A stretch of DNA of 33,610 nucleotides from a virus (taxonomy: Duplodnaviria > Caudoviricetes). Position 1 is the stretch's first letter. Each line of letters begins with the position of its first letter. The stretch lies in the IMG/VR virus record IMGVR_UViG_3300025103_000082, positions 1-33,610 of that record. One strand, written 5' to 3'. Shown in pieces: positions 8,001-19,300 of the stretch. The notes below the pieces were generated by a model. It was not told where the DNA came from, ran no database searches, and worked only from the letters and a program-made list of their open reading frames with translations. The position numbers and the translations under genes were made by a program.

Positions 8001-9781
8001 CAACTAGAAATGCGACTATTACACATAGTGCTCAAGCTCCAGAGACAATGTGGGATTTTAAAGCTACTTCAATTTATATTGATTCTGGTGAAACAGTTGT
8101 TACAAATCAAAAGGTACCACAAATGTCTTATATTGATGGTACTACTACTATTCAGGGCGGCATAACTCCAGTAAGTGATACTGTAGGTTATAAAGCGTCA
8201 TCTCCAAGCTTAATTATATCGGGAGATGATACTGAAGGAAATGGTGTCCCCACTTCCGCTGATGATAGAATAGGTTCTCCTATATCTCCGGGTAAATCAA
8301 GATTTATTGGCTGGTATAATAAAGATGAACCAGCAGATGGTGCAGGTGCCAATGCTCTGCCTAGCACAGCCAATGCTGTAGATTATATGTACTATGCTTT
8401 CTCTTTTATGTATGATGGGTATCAAGAAAGTGTTTTGTCTGCACCTATAGGTTCTAGTGTTGATACAAATTCTGGTTTTTCAGTACAAGTTACTGGAGAC
8501 GCTTTAAGTATTAAGATAAGTATCCCTGATGTGGATTCTCTTTCTCCAAGAATGTCGCACATATGTTTATATCGTTCTAAAACTATTGAAGACGTATCCT
8601 CACCTAAGGCATTCTTTCAGTTAGTGGAGCAAATTTCTTTATCTGATATAAGATGGACTCAGCTGGGTACTACAAGAAAGTGGGAATGTACAATAACAGA
8701 TACGGGGAAAACTGGAGACCAGTATGAAATAAGGACTGGTATGAGTGAAATTATAGATGATACTCAACCTCACTATGGTATAGCTACAAAAGGCGATGGC
8801 TTTTTATTTATTGGTCAAACTTGGCATAGCAGTTTAGAGAATAAAGAGAACTTTATTTTTCGCTCCCAGCAAGGCAAGTTTAATATGTATGACTGGTCAA
8901 CAGATTGGATTGAATTACCAGAATACCCAACTGCATTATCATATTATGGTGGTAAATTATTTGCTTTTAGTAAGCAGACTTGTTGGATGATAAATCCAAT
9001 GACAATGCAGATAGAAGAGGATATTCTCCAATGTGGGTGTCTTAGTCAACAATCTATAATTTCTTGTGATTATGGAATGTTCTGGGCTGATAGAGAATCA
9101 ATATGGTTATACGATGGTAGTAGATTTAAGAATATTGGGCTTCCAATAGAACAAGGTGGTACTTATTCTTACAGACAAAGGGACAGAGCAAATAGTAAGG
9201 TGCACGTTGAATTTGATGCTTTTACTAAAACATTTTGTGTCTTTATTAAGCCTAAAGCAGAATATGTTACTATGGACAATACTAATAATAGTGGAGACAA
9301 ACAGGAAATTAGCCAACAAGCAACAATTTGGGCATATCATATTGAAAAAGGACGATGGGATTATTGGGTATTAGAAGACTTGTTTAATAGCCAGATTCCA
9401 GACCACGGAATAAATATAGGTTCTAAGACACTGGCTACTTGTCGTGACTGGTCAGGTGGTGTTTTATATGCTAATAATAATGGTTTATGGCGTCTAGGTA
9501 CAAATCAAGAATCTAGAAAGAATTGGGAATGGATTTCAAAGAATTTTGTAATGGGACACCCCACTCTTGACAAAAGATTTTATAAAGTTAGAGCAGTTAG
9601 TACAAATGGCAATCCGTTTATTCAGTATAAGGTTGATGATGCCCCTTTAAGTATAGTAGTTGGCGGAGATGAAAAGATTACTACTAAAAAAGGCAAAAGA
9701 ATTAAAGTAAAAGTTCTTGGGCCGGGTGAAACATCTGTTGATAGTGTGGGTATTATTTATAGGAGGCCAAAGGCAAAATGA
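5060..9781 (+). CDS. Large tail nozzle / DNA-stabilisation-like protein (P22 gp10-like beta-propeller C-terminus) with inserted beta-rich domains
   Basis: C-terminal motifs YYAFSFMYDGYQES, HICLYRS, GCLSQQSIISCDYGMFWADRESIWLYDG and WEWISKNFVMGHPTLDKRF. An N-terminal GSGYAFGDTVKIVGTSIGG virion-type repeat. Lies just before the ejection-protein genes. Confidence 0.7.
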   Translation: MALANPPVPDNINTLVPKSGAFDGAFGINGRFTGTEDTDFKLQIFSLTTGTVLNLSGHTGSHAGCTVGTYSNIQPINVVSSGTGLKITAVIEAGSPLKLTLTVSEVGSGYAFGDTVKIVGTSIGGATTANDLTITIGEVVSQNLKYRYKLINSTSNQGWLPEAGQTAIGGIGMGDEIALGIRINWGDISIFNVGDEISFKFTVNATRASEMHILSTKDGAHLLKYDNGYLKVSHNIDSYEPITTDIDRTRQVENKGIIGRLSEEEYGAVFSTINSKSVTIGLGPDKVNKPKWAGIPEHKQFDKELTLDKVVIADAELSLSSEIPQFDDMVRIDTANWYDDAGTPNKGGVGGLWTKPYYAAFQAGNPTIFLFRVKDETDFLHKEYYKYPSGITSILNPIAIATDGAHLFVLDDNSNGIIHCFKFTGGIDVSDTDSPKIIDFNKYNDTWPMVLPDTPRGICSRHNTPDEKGGGAWFSDIKVTPADCRFNDSSGGFGRIWLQASWSFDKDRDYAKYEVEGYEPDTVPVEDMWYPAICGETDENEWLWSITLTNPAHPTGMEAETGADGRLFLVNRSPSMTKFYKVTWMNKPSPHYYNHQLIIRGDYDLTDGDDPEGDETDALILNFSTPALIAGGTGGFALTDFAQPIGSLEAGIMSTFKYGLVDMDEATKIGVCLVWASSDEIKSNISEPRTFAGAHRDASSKLYAEIGTSSAYYVQDFLNQGNLFPREDGSGNELLQPKIETCAIPAGQCVTLNLIDGTAEGWSKKPLIIPLAEDCVVGGYNQSEIPADNYNQDSDWGTAVNQFERRSLIQENGKVSDFSRALYNSNTKKLFTFASDGEIKLYDLAALHAAKSLEEDDYDDSWDKDEFLRKNPFHSKNDYLYNPGSGVVGAFSNQMPGANHENPANKTGFVQHHRANRMHLAEQEKRLCYRDRGIYGYGTDRFTEEGFGDWNKNEWNDVYGGVNSATEGEIRIFLLPFELPSTRNATITHSAQAPETMWDFKATSIYIDSGETVVTNQKVPQMSYIDGTTTIQGGITPVSDTVGYKASSPSLIISGDDTEGNGVPTSADDRIGSPISPGKSRFIGWYNKDEPADGAGANALPSTANAVDYMYYAFSFMYDGYQESVLSAPIGSSVDTNSGFSVQVTGDALSIKISIPDVDSLSPRMSHICLYRSKTIEDVSSPKAFFQLVEQISLSDIRWTQLGTTRKWECTITDTGKTGDQYEIRTGMSEIIDDTQPHYGIATKGDGFLFIGQTWHSSLENKENFIFRSQQGKFNMYDWSTDWIELPEYPTALSYYGGKLFAFSKQTCWMINPMTMQIEEDILQCGCLSQQSIISCDYGMFWADRESIWLYDGSRFKNIGLPIEQGGTYSYRQRDRANSKVHVEFDAFTKTFCVFIKPKAEYVTMDNTNNSGDKQEISQQATIWAYHIEKGRWDYWVLEDLFNSQIPDHGINIGSKTLATCRDWSGGVLYANNNGLWRLGTNQESRKNWEWISKNFVMGHPTLDKRFYKVRAVSTNGNPFIQYKVDDAPLSIVVGGDEKITTKKGKRIKVKVLGPGETSVDSVGIIYRRPKAK

Positions 9782-10053
9782 TAAAGAAATCAAAGAGTTT
9801 TCAGTACAATAAGGGTAAAAAAGTACGTGGAAATTCAGTTAAAGAAATTAATGATGTTATAAACGATATTTATCGTGAGATAACTCAAATAAAATCAGTA
9901 CTTTCGAAGCAGAATAACAAGACGTTATCTACTCCAGAAGGCGCAATTAGAGTAAAACAAGATTCAAATAGTGATAAATATACTTTAGAATTTAAATCCG
10001 AGAATGGTTGGATTGAAAATAAAGCTAATATTTTTAAACTAAAGGGGAATTAA
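9778..10053 (+). CDS. Small putative virion/tail protein
   Basis: ATGA overlap with the upstream gene; helix followed by a short beta hairpin (LEFKSENGW). Confidence 0.7.
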   Translation: MIKKSKSFQYNKGKKVRGNSVKEINDVINDIYREITQIKSVLSKQNNKTLSTPEGAIRVKQDSNSDKYTLEFKSENGWIENKANIFKLKGN

Positions 10054-10054
10054 G

Positions 10055-11083
10055 ATGGCACGAACAGGCGACACAGGACATAATTGGTTCCAAAAAATGT
10101 TTTTAGGGACTGAATCTTCAGCAAGTAAAAGAGAAGATTATTTACAGGATAGAAAGCAGGGCGAATACGAAAAGTATGCTCAGGGTTGGGGTGAACAGGC
10201 TGATAAATTTCAACAAATGAGTGATGAATTCTTTGACCCTATGTCTGGTCGAAATCAGCGACGATATGGGATGATGGAAGAAGCAATTAATGACCAAACT
10301 ACTGCTGGAATAAGAGACTGGCAAGGAGCTATGGCTCAACAAGGTATGGGAAATGCCGGTGGTATTGGTGCTCAAAATATCTTACAACAAAGACGTCGTG
10401 CTGGTGGAGATACCGCTAGAGGAATGGGTGAAGTTTATCAACAATCCTTCGGTATGGGTATGCAAGCCGCTAAACAGGGAAGTTCTGAAAGGTCTAAAGG
10501 AGCAACTGCTACTGGAGCCGCTGACCAGATTTACGCTGGAGCTAACCAAGTTAAAATGGCTCAGGACGCAGCTAATGCTCAGAAAAAAGCTGGATTTGCT
10601 CAAATGGTTGGTGGAGCCGCAATGTCTTACGCTATGCCCGGATTAATGGGAGGCCTTACTAAGAAACTGGCAGGCGCAGGTGGAAAAAATCCTTTATGGG
10701 GGGATAAGATAGCTAATATGATTGCTCAACCACATCTTCAGAATATGAATATAAGTGATGCCGCTCAAATGAATTTAATGAGACAACTTCACGGCGAAGG
10801 AAAAGGTGGTCAGAGCTTTGCGTCATCATACAATTTGCAGAGACCTAGCTATACACCGGGAAGTATGTTTAATACACAGGGTTCCTTTGGACAAGGATTA
10901 ATGAATTATGGAATGCAGAATATGCAAAATAGAAATGCAGGAGCTTATAGCTCAGGTTTTGGACAAGGAGCTCCGAATCCTTATGCTTTAACTCCAAATT
11001 TTCATCAGCCTGCACCAGTTGTTCAACAAAATAATAGCGCATCAAGTATGGCCCCCGGATACGACCCAAACTGGACATATTAA
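10055..11083 (+). CDS. Putative internal virion (ejection/pilot) protein, G/Q/M/A-rich
   Basis: AAGGGG RBS. Low-complexity helical composition with the hydrophobic stretch GFAQMVGGAAMSYAMPGLMGGL. Located between the tail gene and the giant gene. Confidence 0.7.
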   Translation: MARTGDTGHNWFQKMFLGTESSASKREDYLQDRKQGEYEKYAQGWGEQADKFQQMSDEFFDPMSGRNQRRYGMMEEAINDQTTAGIRDWQGAMAQQGMGNAGGIGAQNILQQRRRAGGDTARGMGEVYQQSFGMGMQAAKQGSSERSKGATATGAADQIYAGANQVKMAQDAANAQKKAGFAQMVGGAAMSYAMPGLMGGLTKKLAGAGGKNPLWGDKIANMIAQPHLQNMNISDAAQMNLMRQLHGEGKGGQSFASSYNLQRPSYTPGSMFNTQGSFGQGLMNYGMQNMQNRNAGAYSSGFGQGAPNPYALTPNFHQPAPVVQQNNSASSMAPGYDPNWTY

Positions 11084-11095
11084 GAGAGGTAAATT

Positions 11096-12028
11096 ATGGC
11101 AAACGTAGAAGCACCATCAACATTTATGACATCTTATCAACAAGGTAGACAAAATAAACGTCAGGATAGGCAAGATAATATAAAACTCGGTTTCACTATT
11201 TTTGATGAAGATAGGAGAAGAGAAAAACATAAGGCTCAAATGGATAGAGCTATGGAGGATACTCGTCATCTTAAGACTATGAATCCTTTTTTAGAATCTC
11301 TTGAAAGGTATAAGAATGAGCTTAAATGGAGTACTCTTGAATCAGATGTTATAAGAAATAAGGATGCTACGAAGCATCAGGTGATATCAAATGTTATAAA
11401 AGAAAATGATATGCGCTCCGATTTAGATAATATCATTTGGCAACGAATGCAGAACCCCGATTTGTATGGTCGTGGAGGCGCCTTCTCTACCGAAGAGAAA
11501 GGTATAATGGCTGAAAACAGGGGTCTCTTGAATCGCACTATAGGGGGTGCATTAGGTAACCAAGCAACAGACCAAGATATAGAAGCAATTTATAAACGAG
11601 AAGATTTGCAGTCGGCTCAAGCTTATGGTGCGGCATCAGATGATTTTCATATGAAGAATGCAATGACCGGCCCAGCTGGTGGAGATTATGGACAACAGAA
11701 GTTTCAAACAGAGACAATAAAACCTTTGACTTTCCAAGAAAGAAATTATGAAGACATTGAAACAGAAAGAACTGGAATTAGAGAAGGTTATGAAGACCAA
11801 GCTACAATGAGGGATATGAATAGAAAACTCCAGACGGATATGATGCAAGTTCAGCAAGACGGTAGAGAAATCTACAAGCAGTTTAAAAACACAACAGATT
11901 CTAAAAAAAGGAAAGCGTTGTTACAACAGTATATGCAGAATAGGCAAATACAGAGCTATCTGAGATTTACAGGTGGACAGAGTCTAAGTCCAATGGATAA
12001 ATTATTACAAAATATGAAGGGGGAGTAA
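11096..12028 (+). CDS. Putative internal virion (ejection) protein, helical
   Basis: GAGAGG RBS; Q/R/D-rich helical protein within the ejection-protein cluster. Confidence 0.65.
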   Translation: MANVEAPSTFMTSYQQGRQNKRQDRQDNIKLGFTIFDEDRRREKHKAQMDRAMEDTRHLKTMNPFLESLERYKNELKWSTLESDVIRNKDATKHQVISNVIKENDMRSDLDNIIWQRMQNPDLYGRGGAFSTEEKGIMAENRGLLNRTIGGALGNQATDQDIEAIYKREDLQSAQAYGAASDDFHMKNAMTGPAGGDYGQQKFQTETIKPLTFQERNYEDIETERTGIREGYEDQATMRDMNRKLQTDMMQVQQDGREIYKQFKNTTDSKKRKALLQQYMQNRQIQSYLRFTGGQSLSPMDKLLQNMKGE

Positions 12029-12029
12029 A

Positions 12030-13340
12030 ATGGCACAACAACCAAATTATTCAAGTAGAATGCCACAGGGTGGGCCCTTGCCTCGTGGTAACAATCCTGC
12101 GGCTTTATCTCAGCAATTAACATCAATGCTGGCTCAAAGTGGTGAAACTCAAAACCTAAAACAATTCTGGCAAATGTCTCAAGATTATTTTAATAATCCT
12201 AGAGATTATTCTAATGAAGATTTTGAAATGTTAAAGAAGATGGGTGCCCGCTCTGGAATAGAGATGCCAGTAAGCGCTACAGATAAAGCAACTGCTATGG
12301 AACACATTGGTGCTGGAATTGTTGGTGTCTTAGATGGCTTCTTATGGGATTTGATTCCAGATGATTACTATTCATCAAGAAGGACTGAACTCTCTAGAAG
12401 TATTGGTATGTGGACTGGCATATTAGTTCCTTCTGTATTAGCAATTATGGGTTCAATGGGGTTAGCCGCTCCTGCGGTAGTCGCAAGATTAGGTACAGCT
12501 GGATTAAAAGGTGCTAAACAAGCCGCTTTTAAGTTAGGTGGTAAAGAAGGTCTAAGGGCTATAAAAACCGCCGAATCTGGTGCATCGCAGTTTGTAAATT
12601 TTGCTAAAAATTGGTCTCTTCCCGGATTAGCACTAAGAGGAACAAAGAGAGCCGCTACTGGAGCAGGACAAATTATGTCAAGATTTGGCCCCACCGCTGG
12701 AGTAGGAGAAAAGATTCTTGAGAGTAAGATTGGACAAGCAACCTTCAAAAAAGGTGCCGAGAAAGCGATGGATAAAGCCGCTAGGCTCGCTAAAAAAGGT
12801 GATTCCAAAGGAGTTCAGGAAGCACTAGGTGAACTTGGTGAAGAATATGCTCCACATATGAAGGGAGCAGTTGAAGGTATTCTTAAATCTGGAAAAGTTG
12901 GTGGAGAAGCTGGAGAAATCTTAAAACGTGCTGTGGATAAATTTGGTACTTCAGCATATGCCGCAGATGATTTAGTTAATCTTGGTAAGAGTTTCTTAGG
13001 CTATAAGAAAGGTGGTGCCGCTACACAAAAGGCGGCTGAGAAATTTATGGGCTCTCTGAGAGAAGGTCTGAAGAATAATAAATCTATTGACGAAATCGTT
13101 AAAGTTCTTCCAAAGGCAAGGCAGAAAGAATTGCTTAAAGCTTGGGGTAACCCAGAGAGTAAGGCTGAAATTCTTAAGCTTCTTGCAGAGAATACTCCTG
13201 AAGCCGCATCTTCTATAATGACTGGGGTAGGTAATCTAGCTATGCCTGCCGCTATAGGAGCTTGGGAAGCATCTGCTCTAGGAAGTTCTGAAGAAGTAGG
13301 GTATGAAGGTTGGGGTGACTTAGGTGGAATGGACTATTAA
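12030..13340 (+). CDS. Putative internal virion (ejection) protein with a membrane-spanning segment
   Basis: GGGGGAG RBS; TM segment IGMWTGILVPSVLAIMGSMGLAAPAVVA; A/G/K-rich helical body. Its N-terminal region resembles that of the next gene. Confidence 0.7.
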   Translation: MAQQPNYSSRMPQGGPLPRGNNPAALSQQLTSMLAQSGETQNLKQFWQMSQDYFNNPRDYSNEDFEMLKKMGARSGIEMPVSATDKATAMEHIGAGIVGVLDGFLWDLIPDDYYSSRRTELSRSIGMWTGILVPSVLAIMGSMGLAAPAVVARLGTAGLKGAKQAAFKLGGKEGLRAIKTAESGASQFVNFAKNWSLPGLALRGTKRAATGAGQIMSRFGPTAGVGEKILESKIGQATFKKGAEKAMDKAARLAKKGDSKGVQEALGELGEEYAPHMKGAVEGILKSGKVGGEAGEILKRAVDKFGTSAYAADDLVNLGKSFLGYKKGGAATQKAAEKFMGSLREGLKNNKSIDEIVKVLPKARQKELLKAWGNPESKAEILKLLAENTPEAASSIMTGVGNLAMPAAIGAWEASALGSSEEVGYEGWGDLGGMDY

Positions 13341-16300
13341 TGCCCGAAACATATTACCCCAAAGAGCATAAAGAGGAATTCGACCCGAATGCTGGATTTG
13401 AGCCTTCTATAGATTATAGGCTTACTGAACAGCTTGTTACATATTATAATCAATTCCCTGACCAGTTTGACGAAGAAAAGTTAAATAAGGTAGCTCTTCA
13501 CGCCCAACATTATAACATCCCCTTTGCTCATAATAAGGCTGATAATGATATATCAGTAAAAAGGATAGTCCAACAAGCCGCTTCTGGCTTTGGTGAAGGT
13601 TTCACTACTTTAAAAATGGGTGAAGACCCTACTAATGAGTGGGAAGCTATAGCACGAAATGTTGGACATTTAGCTGGATTTGTAGGTTGGGTACCAATTC
13701 CAAATGCCGTAGGTAAAGCAAGTAGATTAGCCGCCGCCGCTAAAGCGATAAAAGGGCGTTCTATCCCTATGATAGGTGCTAATTGGCTTACAAAAGAAGC
13801 AAGTAGGATAGCCAGAGGTGCAAAAGCTGAAGCTACGCTTCTTAGAGGTAATGCAACTAAAGATGCTATGTCCACTATTGGTAAAGCTGGCCCTCTTGTT
13901 GATGATATTGTTGAGGGAGCTTTTCATCTTGGTACTGCTAGTGCAATAAGTGCTTGGCAAGGAGGTATTGATGAAATGATGACTGCCTTTATACACGGAG
14001 CTGAAACTGGTGCTGTGTTTAGAGGAATAGGAAATTTTATAAAAACAGGTGACCCTCAAGGTGACAAGCTATTACGGACGGTGTCTGCTTCGGTGTATTC
14101 TGGATTACCTTCGACTATGGCTGGTGCAACGACTCCTGAGCAAGTATATCAGTATCTCCTTGGTGCTTACTTCGGGTTCAAAGAGATGCCATATACGACG
14201 AGAAATGCACAAAAGTTTGTTGCCGCTCGGTTCAAGGACGGTACGATTGGAGAGCCGGTAGAGGGTCACCCTGAATTTGGGAAATTAGACTCCAAGTCTC
14301 AAAAAGCGGCAGTAGAATTAGCAGATAAAGTTAGAGGACAAGTTGATGAGATAGGTCGTCCTATTACTGCTAATATTATAATGAATCAATTATTACAAGA
14401 TTTACCGGGTATGCCCCTTAAAGAACGTCAAAGTATTGCTAATAAAATACTTGAAAAAGGCGTTACTATAGACCAGTATGGGGAACTTATTAAAACTGTA
14501 GAATTACCTGTTGATGAGAGAGTCCAAAAAGGCCAACAAGATGATGCTGATATTGGCTCTGCTCACGGAGTCCATTTAAAGATAGATAATTTTGTTACTC
14601 GTAATATGGAAAAAATCTGGTCAAAGGGGGATACTCCAAATAAAGAACGAGTAAAAACTATTGTTGATGTTGATACTCAGTGGAAAAAGATATTAGGCAA
14701 GGCTCAGAGAGGTGAGGATGATTCGCCTGAGGCAAGTATGATTAAGTTTCTACAGAAAAAGTATGGAGTTGCCCCAAAAGATGAGGCTGATAGATGGTGG
14801 AGGCAATATGCGATAAGGGCCCTTAAAGAAAAGCCTGTTACTATGTTAACTGCTAAAGCTTATGCTAAAAAAGGTTCCCAACATTGGGAAGTTTTGCCAC
14901 AAGGTGGCAGTAATGCGGCTGGTAATCGTAAACTTTTAAAAGAAGAGCCTAAGCTTTTAGATAAAATTTATAATGAAGCATTTCTTAGGAAGCACGGCAG
15001 GGATTCTGAAGCTCCAACTTATGCTGTAATGGATAGTTTTACTGGTATAACTAATAACAGGATGAAGGAACTTAGTTTGCTTGAGATGGAAGAATTCTAT
15101 TATAGGAATGAATTGCAACCAGCTATCAATGCGGCAAAATCAGCAGGACTACCTTATCTCCAAGGCGTTGAGATGGCTCGTAGTAAGGCTAGAGATATGA
15201 CAGACAAATTTCACGCAAGAAATTTCTATTCTTTACATAACAAGCAGGATATGTATTATTATGGAGGAAAAGGGGATGCTGAAAGAATGTACTTTGTACA
15301 ATATCATCCAGATACTCCAAAAATAGCTCATCAGACAGGAATCAAAGAGGTAAGAGACGCTTGGGCACAGGCTCAATATGAGGGGCAAAAGAAGGGGCAG
15401 AAGAAAAGAACTGTCCAGTCATTTAAGAACCAATTTACCAAAGAGTTAAATGCTGAAAGAGATGAGTATATTAAGACTTATAGTCCTCATATGAGAGCTG
15501 ATATGAGAAGTGATAGAACTGCTAAAACTATGTTCAATCGTGGCTACTTATCCAATGTATTATATGAACTTGAGTTAAATGGATTTTCAAATGATTTAGT
15601 ATCGGGAAATATTAAATCAATCTTTGGGGAAGGAATGATAAATAGCTCTAAGGCTTACAATAAGCGTGCACAAGTGTGGTTTACTACTGGATTTAGCGGA
15701 GATAATCGGAAAATAGAGAAAGATATTACGGATTTAGATAATGGCAATTTTCGTTTTAGACTGTTCAATGAGAAAGATACTAAAAAATTTACAAAGGATA
15801 CTCCTGCAACAGAAATGATTCAAGGCACCGATGGTGCTATATATGGTAGAAGTGATGTTATTGATTCGCAAAATAGAGATTGGGGAATGCCAACAGAGGG
15901 TGGGGCTCATAAGAGTTTTATAGTTTCCAATAGTCAGCGTGGCCTAGGTGCTTTACTTGGTAAATATGCTGTCTTTTCAGCGACACCTGAGATGGAAGCC
16001 TATATGAAAGAGAATAATCTTCATTTTATGGTACCTAAGAGTGCGGCGAAACAATACGGAACGAGAAAATTCGGTGAAATTGTTCGCAAGGGTGGAAAAA
16101 TATCTGTTGAGGGTGGTGAAGTTTACCATATGAAGCCAAATGAGATGAAAGGTGTTCTCTCTGAAAAATTTGATAGCCACTCAATGCAGTGGCAAAGATT
16201 ACCCAAACAGATGTTATCAAATCTTACTCCTTATGCTTGGCAAAATATTAAACCAGAGCAAATAGATGATATTTATAACGATTTAAGTCGCAAATCTTTC

Positions 16301-19300
16301 AATGGCGACGCTGAAACTAATGCTCAATTAAAAATGCTTGAAAAGAATCCTAAAAATGAAGCTTTTGAAGCCGCCGTATTAAACAATCTTGAAGGAGTAG
16401 GCGTAAAAGAGCTATTAGCAGTTATGAAAAAGCCCGGTATGGAGTCTTTTGCTACTAAGGTATATCGTAAAATTCAACGTATGGATTTAGAAACAGACGC
16501 TGAAAGAGCTTTAAATGAAGGTGAGATTACCAAAGAGGAATACGATGCTTTAAAAGGGGATAAGCAGGAGCTAAATGTTGTTCACGAAAAAATACAAGAG
16601 CTTGTGGGTGATTCTCTTGCTGGACTTATGCACAAATATGTGACACCCTATAGACAGACTGTAATGCGTAATTTTGTAGTAAACCAAATAGTAAGACCAG
16701 TTGTAAAGAATTCTTTTTCAGCTAGAATGAGACCTTATGAGATGGGCTTACGTTATCAAAGAAAAGCTGGACATAATACGTCACTCCTTGAAAAGAGGGA
16801 TGATATCTTCTTCCTTGATGATGGTTATAAGGATATGAGAGTATTTTCTGAGTCTTGGGACGGTTATAGAAGACTTGAAGATGTTTGGACTGATTATAAT
16901 AAAGGACGTTTTAGCGGGAAGGTAAAGAAGCAAGTAGAGAACACTTTATCAGCTATTGTACAAAGAACTCCAATGGATTCACTCAGTGGGGCTCATAAGC
17001 TCCAATTTAAGGGCTTTACGGGCGTTAGGGGTTTTGGTACACTCTTACACCCAAGAACTATGGAAGCGTTAGGAGGGGCTGATTTAGACGGCGACAAGGC
17101 ATTTGGCTTCTTTGGTGGTCGTTCAGAGGATGGCACAAGTGGTGAAGGCTTTAAACAGAGCTGGATGGATATGTACGGTAGTCAAAAAGAAGAGTTTTAT
17201 AAGAAAGACGGTACTGTTGCTCATCAAAAGACAGAGATAGACCCATTGACTGGAAAACAATATAAAGATATGCTGGCTTTTACTGATGAGGACACATTAA
17301 ACAAGATTAATAGTTCAGTTTTAAAGCTATCACCACATAGAAGGATGAAAGCATCCTTTGGTGCGGCAGGTGGACGTAAGCAACTTGGCCCCGCTGTTGT
17401 AAATAAAGCTGTATTAAGCAGTGCATATGCCGCTATAAGAGCTTCTGAATCAGGTGAATTCAGTTATCTTAAGCAATTTAGCGGTAAATATGCTGGATTA
17501 TATAAAATTGTCCTTACTCCAAAAACAGATTCTAAATCAATGGAGAGTTTTAGGGGTATAACAAGAGCATCTATTGCCTTGGGTTCTGACCCCATGGATG
17601 AAGCTGGATTAAGAGGCCGAGAAGTATTTTTTATGGAAGCGGCAAAGAGGGCTTTCAACTTTGAAGTAAGATTTATGGGTAAGAAGGGTGGTGTTCATAA
17701 AAAACTTACAAAACAGATGAATAATAATGAATTTATGATGAGACAAGGTCTTATCCGCTCTCTCTCTAGAGTTAATTCAGTCTTATTTGGTAGAAATATC
17801 CCAGAGGGAAGAAGGTGGTTACCAGAAGAAATACAACAAGAAATAGAATTTGCTAATGAAAGTTTTGCTGGTACGCCTCACAATAGTCTTTTACCTAAAT
17901 TAGCAGATACTCTTAGAGGTGTTGATATGGGTGATAGTATCTTCAAGAGAATCAAATTTGAAGAGTATAAAGCTTTATATGCGGAGCACGATTTATTAGC
18001 CCAAGAAATGAAACCCTTAAGAGACGCTATGGGTAGGTCAAGTATGAGAACACCTATGAATGCTTATCTTGATATTATATTCAAAAACAAGTTATTTACC
18101 CAAGAAGGTTTTGATGCTCAGTTAGACCCAAATCATAAAGGTTATAAGAAGAAACTGTTTAGTGGAAAAGCTTTTAATGGTTATACCAAAGCTAGACGAA
18201 GAAAGCTAGACCCTGAGAATAATGTTGAACATAGAGCTGAAATTATTCGTGATATTATGCTTAAGGGAGAAAGATTTATTACTGATGATATATCTGATTT
18301 TGTTAGTTTAAGATTAATCAAGAAATATACTGAAGGTATGTCGGATGCTCAGATTAAAAAAGTTTGGGATTACGTAGACCAAGTTAAAAAACAAAGTTAT
18401 TTGTATGCTAGGCAAAGAAAAATGCCTCTTGAACCAATTCTATCTGGTCTTTCTGAATCAGAAGCAAATTATATCAAAGAAATGGAATTACAATTTGCTC
18501 CAGAGAAGCTCTCTTCAGCTCAAGACCAAATTAAAACAGATATAAAGATAAAGCTCCATAAGGCAACTCTTACCCCAGAGGAAGCAAACTTATATGATGC
18601 TCTTATGCTTGGTACTTTTTCTCGTGGTAATAGACACGAAGTACAAAAAATGATTGAAGGATATAAGGGGAATAAGTGGTCTCAAGGATTTAAAGAGCAG
18701 ATTAATTCACTCGAAGAGATGAGTGCTAATACATCATTAAGTAAGCTTGGCATAATTTCAGAATCCGTAAAAGATAGTATGAAGAAAGAGTTTTTTAAAA
18801 ACTATCAGGAAATATTTGATAAATCAATAGATGTTGTCAGTGAATCTGAGAAAGCACGAGTCAAGGAAGAAGCTTCAGAAGCTAAAGCTCCTACTGAGCT
18901 ATTTGACCCTAAAACAGGAGAACGTACTAAGGGGAATCCATTAGAAGCCAGTGATTATGATGCCGTTACACAGAAATACTTAGATGAGGTAGCTCCTTTT
19001 GAAGGGCTATATGAAGGGAAATTAAACAAAGAGCATAGACAATTATATAATTCTCTTAAAGAAAAATTAGATGTTGCATTTCCCAATATTGTAGGAAGGG
19101 ATTTAAATGGATTTATGAGAGAAAGATTTGGAAAAGATATAAATAAAGTTGATTTAAGTGAATTAAAAGCCCTAGATAGGTGGCTAGAGGACACACTTAC
19201 TGGAACTTGGTATCAAAAATTGTTTAATAAGGTAAAAAGAGGTATACCTGAGTTAACAAAATGGCATTATATGATGTTTCCAGAGGCTGTTAATAGAGAT

